A stretch of DNA of 64,000 nucleotides from a bacterium HR10. Lineage in GTDB: Bacteria > Acidobacteriota > Blastocatellia > HR10. This document shows, piece after piece, positions 29,442-39,025 of the stretch; positions within the stretch are counted from its first letter, which is position 1; each line of letters opens with the position of its first letter. The translations under genes and the position numbers were made by a program. The DNA lies in NCBI GenBank assembly GCA_002923315.1, contig BEHM01000014.1:5296-69295 (forward strand), given 5' to 3'. Under the pieces are notes generated by a model. The model was not told the DNA's origin and searched no databases. It saw only the letters and a program-made list of their open reading frames with translations.

Positions 29442-30653
29442 ATGCTTCCGGTCGAGGACGCGCAAGAGATCGTCTTGCACAATGTCGTGGTGAGCGACGC
29501 CGAAAGGGTTCCGCTCGCTGAAGCGTTCGGGCGGATCCTGCGCCAGCCGATTCGCGCCGACATGGACCTTCCCCCCTTCGATCGGGCGATGATGGACGGC
29601 TACGCCGTGCGCGCTGAGGACACGGTGCGGGCACCGGTGCGATTGCGCGTTGTGGGGGAGGTGTTGGCCGGGATGGCCTTCTCGGGCGCGATCGCTCCGG
29701 GCGAAGCGGTGAAGATCATGACGGGGGCGGTCGTCCCCCCCGGCGCCGATGCCGTGGAGCGCGTCGAGAAGACGGAGCGCGAGGGGGAATGGGTGATCCT
29801 GCGCGAGCCGGTTCGTCCGGGACAGCATATCACGCCTCGGGGGAGTCAGGCGCGGGAGGGGGAGACCGTCCTGGAGCCAGGGATTCGGATCGGTCCGGCG
29901 GAGATGGCCATCCTCGCCTCGTTCGGATACGCGGAAGTTCAGGTCGCGCGTCAGCTCACCTTCGGGGTGCTCTCGACCGGGAGCGAATTGGTCGCGGCAG
30001 ATGCCCGTCCCTCGTCCGGGCAGATTCGCGACTCGAATGGGCCGACGTTGCGCGCGTGTCTCATGATGGCGGGCGTCGTGGGGCAGCCCTTGGGCATCGT
30101 CCCGGATGATCTCACGCTGATCGAGAGGTCGCTGCGTTCGGCCCTGGAGCGTTGCGATGGGGTGATTGTCACCGGGGGCGTTTCGATGGGCGAAGCGGAC
30201 TTGGTGAAGGTCGCCCTACACCAGATTGGCGCGCGCATCTTTTTCGAACGGGTGCGCCTGCATCCGGGGAAGCCGTTCTGCTTCGCCACCTGCGAGGGGA
30301 AGCCGATCTTCGCGCTGCCGGGGAATCCCGTCTCAGTCGTCGTGACCTTCTTGCTCTTTGTCCTGCCGGCACTTCGTCGCATGTTGGGATGCCGTGAGGA
30401 GCGGTTGCCGCTGATCGAGGCGACCGTGACCGAGGACGCGAAGCATTCGATCGAGCGGCGGAGTTATCTCCCGGCCTTCGTGTGGTTCTCCGAAGGACAG
30501 GCGTTTGTGCGGCGCGTCCCGTGGGAGGGGAGTTCTGATCTGGTGGGGTTCGCGCGCGCGAATGCCCTACTCGTCCTTCCGGAGGGCGTGGCATCCGTGA
30601 GCGCGGGAGAGCGCGCGCGCGTGCTTCTGCTGCCGTGGGGAGAGCCGCGATGA
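29442..30653 (+). CDS. moeA: molybdopterin molybdotransferase MoeA
   Basis: [36 protein letters not shown]. The start is ambiguous (TTG 29424 or ATG 29442). Confidence 0.85.
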   Translation: MLPVEDAQEIVLHNVVVSDAERVPLAEAFGRILRQPIRADMDLPPFDRAMMDGYAVRAEDTVRAPVRLRVVGEVLAGMAFSGAIAPGEAVKIMTGAVVPPGADAVERVEKTEREGEWVILREPVRPGQHITPRGSQAREGETVLEPGIRIGPAEMAILASFGYAEVQVARQLTFGVLSTGSELVAADARPSSGQIRDSNGPTLRACLMMAGVVGQPLGIVPDDLTLIERSLRSALERCDGVIVTGGVSMGEADLVKVALHQIGARIFFERVRLHPGKPFCFATCEGKPIFALPGNPVSVVVTFLLFVLPALRRMLGCREERLPLIEATVTEDAKHSIERRSYLPAFVWFSEGQAFVRRVPWEGSSDLVGFARANALLVLPEGVASVSAGERARVLLLPWGEPR

Positions 30654-31129
30654 AGGACCTCACACACGTGGACGCAGAAGGACGCCTTCGGATGGTGGAT
30701 GTGAGCGCGAAGCCCGCCACCGAACGACGGGCTGTGGCCAGCGGCTTCATCCGAATGCGCGCGGAGACGCTGCGCGCGATTCGCGAGCGGCGGATGCCGA
30801 AGGGCGATCCGCTGGAGGCGGCGCGATTGGCCGGCATCCTGGCGGCGAAACGCACGGCGGAATTGATCCCCCTCTGTCATCCGCTCCCGCTCACGCATGT
30901 GGACGTTGAGATCGAGCTGCGGGAGGAGGGTATCGCCCTCATAGCTTCGGTCGCGACGACGGCACCAACGGGCGTGGAGATGGAGGCCCTCGTGGCCGTG
31001 AGCATCGCGGCGCTCACGCTCTACGATATGTGCAAGGCCATAGACCGAGAGATGACGATCACCGACATTCGGTTGGAGCGAAAGACGGGAGGGCGATCGG
31101 GCGACTACGTTCGAGGGCAAGAGCCGTGA
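30650..31129 (+). CDS. moaC: cyclic pyranopterin monophosphate synthase MoaC
   Basis: ATGA overlap with the moeA stop. [44 protein letters not shown]. Confidence 0.9.
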   Translation: MKDLTHVDAEGRLRMVDVSAKPATERRAVASGFIRMRAETLRAIRERRMPKGDPLEAARLAGILAAKRTAELIPLCHPLPLTHVDVEIELREEGIALIASVATTAPTGVEMEALVAVSIAALTLYDMCKAIDREMTITDIRLERKTGGRSGDYVRGQEP

Positions 31130-31155
31130 GCGCGGAGTTCGTTTGGAGAGCGGGC

Positions 31156-32859
31156 ATGACCGAGAACGCGAGCTTTCGTCGGGGCGCGAGCGGGATGAGG
31201 CGAATCCGTTCACGGGCCGGGGCCTTTGCGCGAACCGCGGGCGCGCTGCTGGTGCAGGGCAGCGTGCTCGCTCTCTGGGGGATGGGCCTCGCGTGGGGGC
31301 AGGAGGCCTCCCCGCGGAAGATTGATCTCAGCGCGCAAGGCGCCATTCACGTCACGCTCAACGGAGCATCGAGCGGCGATCGTCTGGAGATCGTCCGCGT
31401 CGCCGACGTCAATGGGGACGGCGTCGAAGACATCGTCGTCGCCGGGCGCTTGGCCAATGGGCCGGAAGGATTCCGTTTCGATGCTGGCGGGGTGTTCATC
31501 GTTCTGGGCGGCGTGGACGTGATTCGTGGGACGACGCGCGATCTCCATGATCGCGCCGACATCGTCATTCATGGGGCTGATGCGAACGATCGTCTGGGGA
31601 CATCGCTCGCTGTCGGGGACGTCAATGGCGATGGCATCGCCGACATCATCGTCGGAGCTCCAGGGGCTGACGGTCCGAGCGAGACGCGACCCGGAGCCGG
31701 GGAGGTGTATGTCCTCTTCGGTGGCCCGCATCTCACGCGCGGGACCGTGCGCGATCTGGCGGGGTTGGTCGCGCCCGGAGCGGATGTGGTGATCTTCGGT
31801 CCGGAGCCGACGGCTTCGCTGGGCGCGTCGCTCGCCGTCGGGGATATCAATGGCGATGGCCTTGATGACATCATCGCCGGCGCGGCGACATCGTCACAGC
31901 CGCGTGGTGAACGCCTCTTCGCCGGGACGGTCTATGCGATCTTCGGCTCGCGCGAATGGGCGAGCGGCCTGGCGCGCGATTTGAGTGATCCGAGGGAGGC
32001 GGATTTGACGATTCTCGGTCCCGGTCTGCTCAGCTTCTTCGGATTCCAGCTCGCTGTAGGGGATGTCAATGGCGATGGCGTGCCGGATCTGGTGATGAGC
32101 GCTCCACTGGCCGATGGCCCGCAAGGGGAGCGACCGGAAGCGGGAGAAGTCTACGTGATCTTCGGCGGCGTTCACCTGGTTCGGGGGACGGTGCGCGACA
32201 TGATCCCCGGATCGGCCGCGGGATCCGATGTGACGATCTTCGGCGCCACGGCGCAGGACCTGCTCGGCTATACGCTGCTTTTGGCGGATGTGACCGGGGA
32301 TGGGGTGGCTGACCTCATCGTCAGCGCGATCCAGGCGGACGGGCCGGAGAAGAAACGACCTGATGCGGGAGAGGTGTACATCTTCTTCGGAGGGATGACT
32401 CTGGCATCTTCCCGGATTCGCGATGTCGCCGGATTGCTCGCTCCGGGACCGGATGTCGTCCTCTACGGAGCCGAAGCGTTCGATGAATTCGGCACGGCGC
32501 TCGCTGCGGCGGACCTCGACGGCAACGGAATCCCGGATCTTCTTGTGGGCGCTCCGGGAGGAGATGCGGAGGAGAATCGGAAGATTGATGCCGGCGAGGT
32601 GTACGTCTTCCGTGATCGCCACCTCTCGCACAGTGGCGCCGTGCGGGATGTGGGCGGCAGCGCTGCCGAGCAGCCCGATCTCTTCATCTTTGGGCCGAAC
32701 AATGGAGAGCGCGTGGGCAGCTTCATCGCGCTGGGCGATGTGAATGGAGATGGATGGCTCGATCTTCTCATGAGCGCTCCCGAGGGGGGCGGTGTGCGCT
32801 TGAGCGCAGGATCGGTCTATATCGTCTTCGGACCGATCGTGCCAGAGGGGGGCGGATGA
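31156..32859 (+). CDS. secreted FG-GAP (integrin-alpha-like) repeat protein
   Basis: Signal-like N-terminus. Repeats of the type LAVGDVNGDGxxDxxxGAPxADGPxxxRPxAGEVYVxFGG. Confidence 0.7.
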   Translation: MTENASFRRGASGMRRIRSRAGAFARTAGALLVQGSVLALWGMGLAWGQEASPRKIDLSAQGAIHVTLNGASSGDRLEIVRVADVNGDGVEDIVVAGRLANGPEGFRFDAGGVFIVLGGVDVIRGTTRDLHDRADIVIHGADANDRLGTSLAVGDVNGDGIADIIVGAPGADGPSETRPGAGEVYVLFGGPHLTRGTVRDLAGLVAPGADVVIFGPEPTASLGASLAVGDINGDGLDDIIAGAATSSQPRGERLFAGTVYAIFGSREWASGLARDLSDPREADLTILGPGLLSFFGFQLAVGDVNGDGVPDLVMSAPLADGPQGERPEAGEVYVIFGGVHLVRGTVRDMIPGSAAGSDVTIFGATAQDLLGYTLLLADVTGDGVADLIVSAIQADGPEKKRPDAGEVYIFFGGMTLASSRIRDVAGLLAPGPDVVLYGAEAFDEFGTALAAADLDGNGIPDLLVGAPGGDAEENRKIDAGEVYVFRDRHLSHSGAVRDVGGSAAEQPDLFIFGPNNGERVGSFIALGDVNGDGWLDLLMSAPEGGGVRLSAGSVYIVFGPIVPEGGG

Positions 32860-32903
32860 GCCGAATCATCACGAAGAGCTGTTGACGTGGGGGAGGGAGC
32901 GAT

Positions 32904-35045
32904 ATGGCCGATCGGGTGCGGAGAAGAGCGAAGCTCCTCGCTCTCCTGAGCGGATGCGTGGTGGGGGCGCAGCATGCCCTCATCCCCCTTCGCGCGCAGG
33001 AGGCGCGACCGTTGATCATTGAGACGATCGCCGGAGGGGGGATCGGAGAGGGCGAGGAGGCGCTCAGGGCCGCTTTAGCTTCGCCGTCAGCTCTCGCGGT
33101 GACCGCAGAGGGGGAGATTCTGATCGCGGATACGGAGCATCATCGCATTCGCCGGGTGGGTCGGGACGGGATCATCACGACGATCGCGGGGACGGGAGTC
33201 AATGGATTCGCGGGCGATGATGGGCCGCCGGACAAGGCGCAGCTCTGGTCGCCACGTGGTCTCGCCTTCGATGCCAGTGGGAATCTGCTCATCGCGGATA
33301 CGGCGAACCATCGGATCCGCCGCATCGAGCGGCGCGATGATGCGCTTGTGATCACGACCATTGCGGGGACGGGATCGGCCGGATTTGGCGGGGATGGTGG
33401 TTCGGCCAAGAACGCGCAGTTGAACGGGCCACGTGGCCTGGCCGTGGATTCGGCGGGCAACATCTACATCGCCGATACGGGCAATCATCGGATTCGGAAG
33501 ATTGACGGCAGCGGGAACATCTCGACGATCGCGGGCAGTGGGACGCGGGGATTCAGCGGGGATGGCGAAGCAGCCACCTCCGCGCAGTTGAACTCACCTG
33601 TGGCGGTGGCCGTTTCGCCGTCAGGGGATCTCTACATCGCGGACGCCGGGAATCACCGGATTCGGAAAGTCTCCGGAGGGACGATCACGACCATCGCGGG
33701 GACGGGGCTGCCGACCTTCTCCGGCGATGGCGGACCGGCGGCGCAGGCCAGTTTGAACGTCCCGCTGGATCTGGTCTTCGATGAAGCCGGGAATCTGTAT
33801 ATCGCTGATTCGGGGAATAATCGCGTGCGCAAGATTGATCCCTCAGGGGTGATCACGACGGTGGCCGGAAGTGGCGCTCGTGGATTCGCCGGAGATGAGG
33901 GAGCGGCTCAAGCAGCGCGATTGAATGCGCCGGCGGCACTGGCGGTGCTCCCGGATGGGGCGATCGTGATCGCGGACATGGGGAACAATCGCGTGCGCGC
34001 GGTGGATCCGCAAGGGGTGATCCACACGCTCGTCGGCGGGGGGATTGGTGATGGGGGGGATCCGCGTCAGGCGGTGCTCAATCTCCCCTATAGTCTGGCC
34101 GTGGACGCCCAGGGCCATCTCTACATCGCCGATACACAGCATCATCGGATTCGACGGGTGACGCTCGGCCAGGAGAGTCCCAGGATTGAGACGATCGCGG
34201 GAACGGGCATCTCCGGGTTCAACGGTGATGATCGGCCGGCGATCGAGGCGCACTTGAATTTCCCGCGCGGCCTCGCCGTGGACGCGGCCGGCAATCTCTA
34301 TATTGCCGATACGTTCAACCATCGCGTGCGCAAGATCACGCCCGAGGGGATGATCATGACGGTCGCGGGAACGGGTCGAGCGGGCTTCTCTGGGGACGGT
34401 GACCTGGCGGTGCGCGCCGAGCTGCGTTTCCCTCTGGCCGTCGCCGTGGATGCGGATGGTCGGCTCTATATCGCCGATGCGGGGAACAATCGCGTCCGCC
34501 GCGTGGACCTGGATGGCGTGATCGCGACGATCGCAGGGACGGGGAAGCGAGGGTTTGAAGGAGATGACGGGCCGGCCGTAGCGGCCGCTCTGGATACGCC
34601 AGCGGCTCTGGCCTTCGATAAAGAGGGCCATCTGCTGATCGCCGATATGGGCAATCATCGGATACGGCGCGTGGATCTCTCCTCCGGTCAGATCACCACG
34701 CTCGCCGGAAAGGGGACGCCGGGATCGGCGGGCGACGGAGGCGCGGCCAAGGATGCTGAGCTGAATACGCCGGGCGGACTCGCCGTGGATGCCGAGGGGA
34801 CGATCTTCGTCGCCGATTCAGGGAATCATCGCGTGCGGAAGATCGGCAGTGATGGCAACATCAGCGCGGTGACTGGAACGGGGACGGCTGGGTTCGGGGG
34901 CGATGGCACGCTCGCGAGCGCCGCCACGCTGAACTTCCCGACGGGGCTCGCCATCGCGCCGGATGGGCAGCTGGTGATCGCCGATACGTTCAATCACCGT
35001 GTGCGGAAGCTGCGCCCGCAGCCGGAGGAACCTTCTGAGCCGTGA
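32904..35045 (+). CDS. secreted NHL-repeat protein (12 NHL-like units)
   Basis: 12 units of the pattern G-x-LYIAD-x-GNHR(I/V)R(K/R)(I/V), each preceded by ITT(I/V)AGTG..GF.GDGG. Confidence 0.8.
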   Translation: MADRVRRRAKLLALLSGCVVGAQHALIPLRAQEARPLIIETIAGGGIGEGEEALRAALASPSALAVTAEGEILIADTEHHRIRRVGRDGIITTIAGTGVNGFAGDDGPPDKAQLWSPRGLAFDASGNLLIADTANHRIRRIERRDDALVITTIAGTGSAGFGGDGGSAKNAQLNGPRGLAVDSAGNIYIADTGNHRIRKIDGSGNISTIAGSGTRGFSGDGEAATSAQLNSPVAVAVSPSGDLYIADAGNHRIRKVSGGTITTIAGTGLPTFSGDGGPAAQASLNVPLDLVFDEAGNLYIADSGNNRVRKIDPSGVITTVAGSGARGFAGDEGAAQAARLNAPAALAVLPDGAIVIADMGNNRVRAVDPQGVIHTLVGGGIGDGGDPRQAVLNLPYSLAVDAQGHLYIADTQHHRIRRVTLGQESPRIETIAGTGISGFNGDDRPAIEAHLNFPRGLAVDAAGNLYIADTFNHRVRKITPEGMIMTVAGTGRAGFSGDGDLAVRAELRFPLAVAVDADGRLYIADAGNNRVRRVDLDGVIATIAGTGKRGFEGDDGPAVAAALDTPAALAFDKEGHLLIADMGNHRIRRVDLSSGQITTLAGKGTPGSAGDGGAAKDAELNTPGGLAVDAEGTIFVADSGNHRVRKIGSDGNISAVTGTGTAGFGGDGTLASAATLNFPTGLAIAPDGQLVIADTFNHRVRKLRPQPEEPSEP

Positions 35046-35057
35046 GGGGATGAAGCC

Positions 35058-35084
35058 GCCCGGCCCTTCGGCTCCGGGCCGGGC
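35058..35084. terminator. GC hairpin between convergent genes (possible bidirectional terminator)
   Basis: GCCCGGCCC-ttcggctcc-GGGCCGGGC, a perfect 9-bp stem. No clear U-tract. Confidence 0.45.
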
Positions 35085-35102
35085 ACCATCGAGGGCGCGC
35101 GC

Positions 35103-36422
35103 TCACCGTCTCCTCGACGGTTGATGAGTCCGTCGCAGCTCTTCGGCCATCGCTCGAATCTCCGTGAGCGCGCGCTTCATCTCGCTCCAGCCGTACCAGA
35201 GCGCGTAATCGGGATTCGCGTGGAACGTTCCCTGGAACGTGCGCATGCGATGCTCCAGGTGCATGACGAAGAGCTTTTGTTCGATGGGCGTCGGGGCATC
35301 GTGAAAAGCGAGGAGATCAGGGAAGGGATAGGCGTAGTGGGGTGGCTTCTTCAAGATGCCGTCCTTGTAGAGCCCGGCGACGATCCGAATGGCTTCGGCC
35401 AGAAGGCGGTCGGCTTCGCGAATCATCTGATCGCCTTTCTCCAATTCCGCGCGCGCGAAGTGGAGCGAGTGGCACTGATTGCAGACGCGGAGCATGCGCT
35501 CGCGCTCTCTCTGCCAATCCTCCGCCGTCAGGCGCGCCACATCCGCCTGTTTCACCAGATCGAAGCGAGCGGTCGGTTTGCCTTCGGGATCGAGCACGCC
35601 GAGCGCTTGCAAGATCGTCTTCTGATCGTCCGCCCACTGCTTGTCCTCCGGCAGCGGCAGGCGTACAGCCAGGAAGCCCCAGGCGGTGCGCACCTCGTGC
35701 GTGCCCTCGGGCATATGACAGGTCTGGCAGGTGGGGGCGGCTACGGTCTCCGGCAGCGTCTTGTTCTGCTTGAGCAGATATCGAACGCCGTGCTTGGAGG
35801 AGGAGTACATCTCCCATTGCGGGTGATCGAAGCCCATATGACACGTCTGACAGGCTTGCGGCTGGCGCGCTTCCTGCGCTGAGAAGAGGTGCCGCGTGTG
35901 ACAGGCATCGCAGGAAGCGACGCCGAATCCCGCGCCCTGCCGCTTCAGGTCTCGAATCTCGGCTTCCGTCTTCAATCCGATCTTGTGGCATCCGCCGCAG
36001 CCCTTCATCCCCTCGGTCAGCGCCATCGGGAGCCAATGCGTCGTCGGCATCGCCTTCATCGCGGCCCATCCGAGCGCGTGCTTGCCGCGTTTGAACTGCT
36101 CGACCTGCGTCTCATGGCAGGGCGCGCACGTCTCCGGCGTGGGGATGCGCACCTTCTCCACATCGGCCGCCGACGTGTGATCCTCACCGTGGCAGACGGC
36201 GCAATCAATCCCGTTCTGACTGTGCTTGCTCACCTGCCAGTCCGAGACGATGTTGGGCGTGACCTTCTTGTGGCATTCAATGCAGGCCGCCCCTTGCCGA
36301 GAGCGCGCCTCGGAAATCCCAGTGGGGGAATGATGGATTCCGCGGGAGACGGGAACCGTCCCGAGCACGAGCCCGAAGGCGAGCGCGTATCGCCATCGGA
36401 ACATCTGGCACCTCCTCTCCAT
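35103..36422 (-). CDS. octaheme c-type cytochrome, hydroxylamine oxidoreductase (HAO)-like family
   Basis: Signal peptide. 8 CxxCH motifs (CIECH, CAVCH, CAPCH, CGGCH, CDACH, CQTCH, CQTCH, CNQCH). HAO-like contexts CQTCHMGFDHPQWEMYSSSKHG and CNQCHSLHFA. Confidence 0.75.
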   Translation of the reverse strand: MERRCQMFRWRYALAFGLVLGTVPVSRGIHHSPTGISEARSRQGAACIECHKKVTPNIVSDWQVSKHSQNGIDCAVCHGEDHTSAADVEKVRIPTPETCAPCHETQVEQFKRGKHALGWAAMKAMPTTHWLPMALTEGMKGCGGCHKIGLKTEAEIRDLKRQGAGFGVASCDACHTRHLFSAQEARQPQACQTCHMGFDHPQWEMYSSSKHGVRYLLKQNKTLPETVAAPTCQTCHMPEGTHEVRTAWGFLAVRLPLPEDKQWADDQKTILQALGVLDPEGKPTARFDLVKQADVARLTAEDWQRERERMLRVCNQCHSLHFARAELEKGDQMIREADRLLAEAIRIVAGLYKDGILKKPPHYAYPFPDLLAFHDAPTPIEQKLFVMHLEHRMRTFQGTFHANPDYALWYGWSEMKRALTEIRAMAEELRRTHQPSRRR

Positions 36423-36464
36423 GTGATGTGCGCGCGCAATTGTACGCGGCGTTCGGGGAGATGA

Positions 36465-36731
36465 TCAAGCGGCGTCCTCGGCGCGCGCGAATCGCCGCCG
36501 CCATTCCGCGCGGAGCCGCTCGCGCACGTCGCGACGGATCTCATCCGGGAGCGGCGCAGCCGGGAGTTGATCGCACAGGCGCACGGTCGCTTCCAGCGTT
36601 CGGAGAAAAGCTCGGCAGGGTGCGCATTCTCCCAGATGGGCGCGAATATGGGCGCACACGTCCTCGGAGAGTTCTCCGTCCAGGAATTCCGAGAGGCGCT
36701 TGAAGAGTTGACGACAGGTCATCTGCCTCAC
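36465..36731 (-). CDS. zinc-binding anti-sigma factor (ZAS family)
   Basis: H-x3-C-x2-C motif in HLGECAPC, plus additional Cys residues. GTGA overlap with the stop of the sigma factor gene. Confidence 0.7.
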   Translation of the reverse strand: MRQMTCRQLFKRLSEFLDGELSEDVCAHIRAHLGECAPCRAFLRTLEATVRLCDQLPAAPLPDEIRRDVRERLRAEWRRRFARAEDAA

Positions 36732-37348
36732 TCCTGTGAATCCGGCGCGAGAGTATCGCGATGAGCTGCGAGATAAGGAGCGAGATGCTCCCGGAGAAAC
36801 AGGCGGGCTCGATGCAGACGCGTCTTGACCGCCTGCGGTGTGAGCCCGAGCGCGCGGGCCGTCTCCTCGGTCGAGAGATGCTCCACATCGCGCAGCAGAA
36901 GGACGCTGCGATATTTCGTCGGCAGCTTGGCGATGGCTTCTTCGAGCCGAGCGTTCAACTCCGCGCGCAGGAGCCGATCTTCGGGATTCGACATCACGTC
37001 CGGGATCTCGATCTTCACGTCGTGCGGGCGATCTCCAGGGAAGAACGCTTCCAGGGAGAGCTCCACGTCGGGTTCGAACTTCCCCCGGCGACGCATCTTG
37101 CGGCAGGCGTTAGCGGCGATCTGGAAGAGCCACGCCTGAAGCGAGCCTTCGCCGCGATAGGCATGAAGCGAGCGCACGAGGGCCAGGAGCGTCTCCTGCA
37201 TGACGTCACGCGCGTCCTCCGTGTGCCGGCACATCCGACGAGCGAAGTTGTAGAGTCGGCGGCCGTAGACCTCCATCAGGAGGTCGAAGGCCTCGTCTTT
37301 ACCGGCCCGCAGCTCTTCCACCAGCCGTCGTTCTTCCACGGACATCAT
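36728..37348 (-). CDS. ECF (group 4) RNA polymerase sigma factor
   Basis: Region 2 YGRRLYNFARRMCRHTEDARDVMQETLLAL and region 4 KYRSVLLLRDVEHLSTEETARALGLTPQAVKTRLHRAR. Start set at the MMSVEE methionines. The upstream part of the ORF is Arg/Pro-rich. Confidence 0.85.
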   Translation of the reverse strand: MMSVEERRLVEELRAGKDEAFDLLMEVYGRRLYNFARRMCRHTEDARDVMQETLLALVRSLHAYRGEGSLQAWLFQIAANACRKMRRRGKFEPDVELSLEAFFPGDRPHDVKIEIPDVMSNPEDRLLRAELNARLEEAIAKLPTKYRSVLLLRDVEHLSTEETARALGLTPQAVKTRLHRARLFLREHLAPYLAAHRDTLAPDSQE

Positions 37349-37683
37349 CGAGGGAAAGTGTATTCGCGAGGAGGTCGGCGGACAAGGCGCGCGGGCATCC
37401 CGACCGCGGAAGGAGACCGGATGCGCGCGCGGCCATCGCGGAGCGCCCTCGCCCGCAGGCCCGCGCCGCGCACGACCTCTGGGGGGATTCACCCAAGGGC
37501 GGGCGAATTCGCGCGGGCGGGTGAGAGGGCGCTCTCGCTGCCCGTGGTTCCCTTTGTCGGGCTAACTCTTCACTTAACAGAGCGTTGAACGCGAAGCGCG
37601 GACGTCGGTTCGCGCTTTCGGCACAGGGGTTGCAATACCTATCGTGCCGACAGAGGGATCAGCGGCGGTTGCGGAGAGAGCAG

Positions 37684-38895
37684 ATGTCCACGCGCGGGCG
37701 TTCAGGGAGGCGAGAGGCGAGGATCCGAGACCCCCTGCTTCACTACCTGCTAGGGGGATTTCTCCTCTGGGCCCTCACAAGCGTCGGCTGCCGCCGCTCG
37801 GAGGTGTCCGAGCCGATTGTCTTTCCAGCAGGGCGCTTCACGTCGGCGCAGCAGTGCGGCACGTGTCATCGAGACATCTACATGGCCTGGCGCGGCTCGC
37901 AGCATGCGCGCGCGGCTGAGAATCCCATCTTCCGCGAATCCTACGAAGAGGCGGCGCGAGTCGCCGGAGAGGCCGCGACTCGGCTCTGTCTCAGATGCCA
38001 CGCGCCGACGATCGTGCTCACTGGCGATTACGCCCTCGCGCAAGAGGTGACGCGAGAGGGGATCACCTGTGATTTCTGCCATTCCCTGAAGGGGACCGAT
38101 CTGGAGCGGCGCGAGCATCCCTTTCTGCTCGACGTCGGAGCGACCAAGTATGGTCCGATTCGCGATGCCGCTTCGACCGGACATCGCGTGGCGTTCTCCG
38201 AGTTCCACCTCAGCTCGCTCCAGTGCGCCGGATGTCACGAATATCGCAACGCGCACGGGGTGCCGATCCTCTCGACCTATTCGGAGTGGGAGCGGTATCG
38301 GCAGCGGGGAGGGGACAAGGAGTGCCAGCAGTGTCATATGCCGCAGGTTTTGGCCAATATCGTGGATCCGAAGGTGAAACGGGTTCAGGGGGCGTTCGTG
38401 AATCTCCATGCGATGCCCGGCGGGCATTCTCGCGATCAGCTGGTGCGTGCGCTCGAGCTGCGCATCCTGGAGGCGCAGCGGACGCCTCGAGGGCTGCGCG
38501 TCAGGGTGCGCCTTCGGAACGTGGGGGCTGGGCATGCCGTGCCGACCGGCAGTCCGACGCGGCAGGTGATCCTGCGCGTGGAGGCCGTGACCGAGAGCGG
38601 ACATCGCGTCCAGCAGGAGCGCGTCTATCAACGCCTCTTGTTGGACGAGCACGGGCGGGAGATTCGTCGGGATAGTCTCCTCTTCACCGAAGCGCGCGCC
38701 GTCGCCCGCGATACCCGCTTGGCCCCTGCCGAACAGCGCGTGGAGGAGTTCGTGCTGCCGGTGCCGACCGATGAGAACCTGACGGTCACGGCGACGCTCG
38801 TTTATCGCTATTCGCCGCATGAGCGTCCGGAGACGGAGACGCGCATTGAGTTCCTCTCCGAGAGGAAGGAGTTGTTCTCGCGATGGATTCGGTGA
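37684..38895 (+). CDS. pentaheme c-type cytochrome (cytochrome c554-like multiheme family)
   Basis: N-terminal hydrophobic segment ending in VGC (possible lipobox). 5 CxxCH motifs (CGTCH, CLRCH, CDFCH, CAGCH, CQQCH). Confidence 0.75.
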   Translation: MSTRGRSGRREARIRDPLLHYLLGGFLLWALTSVGCRRSEVSEPIVFPAGRFTSAQQCGTCHRDIYMAWRGSQHARAAENPIFRESYEEAARVAGEAATRLCLRCHAPTIVLTGDYALAQEVTREGITCDFCHSLKGTDLERREHPFLLDVGATKYGPIRDAASTGHRVAFSEFHLSSLQCAGCHEYRNAHGVPILSTYSEWERYRQRGGDKECQQCHMPQVLANIVDPKVKRVQGAFVNLHAMPGGHSRDQLVRALELRILEAQRTPRGLRVRVRLRNVGAGHAVPTGSPTRQVILRVEAVTESGHRVQQERVYQRLLLDEHGREIRRDSLLFTEARAVARDTRLAPAEQRVEEFVLPVPTDENLTVTATLVYRYSPHERPETETRIEFLSERKELFSRWIR

Positions 38896-38947
38896 ACTCA
38901 TCGCTGAAGGTGCGTCTCCCGGCGCGCGTCGGCTTGGCGTGCGCCTC

Positions 38948-39025
38948 TTGGAAGGAGGGACGATCTATGGGATTCAATCTCTTGAATTGGAAGGAGGGAC
39001 GATCTATGGGATTCAATCTCTTGAA
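38948..39025. repeat. perfect 2 x 39-bp tandem duplication containing a Shine-Dalgarno sequence and ATG
   Basis: TTGGAAGGAGGGACGATCTATGGGATTCAATCTCTTGAA occurs at 38948-38986 and again at 38987-39025. Confidence 0.95.
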
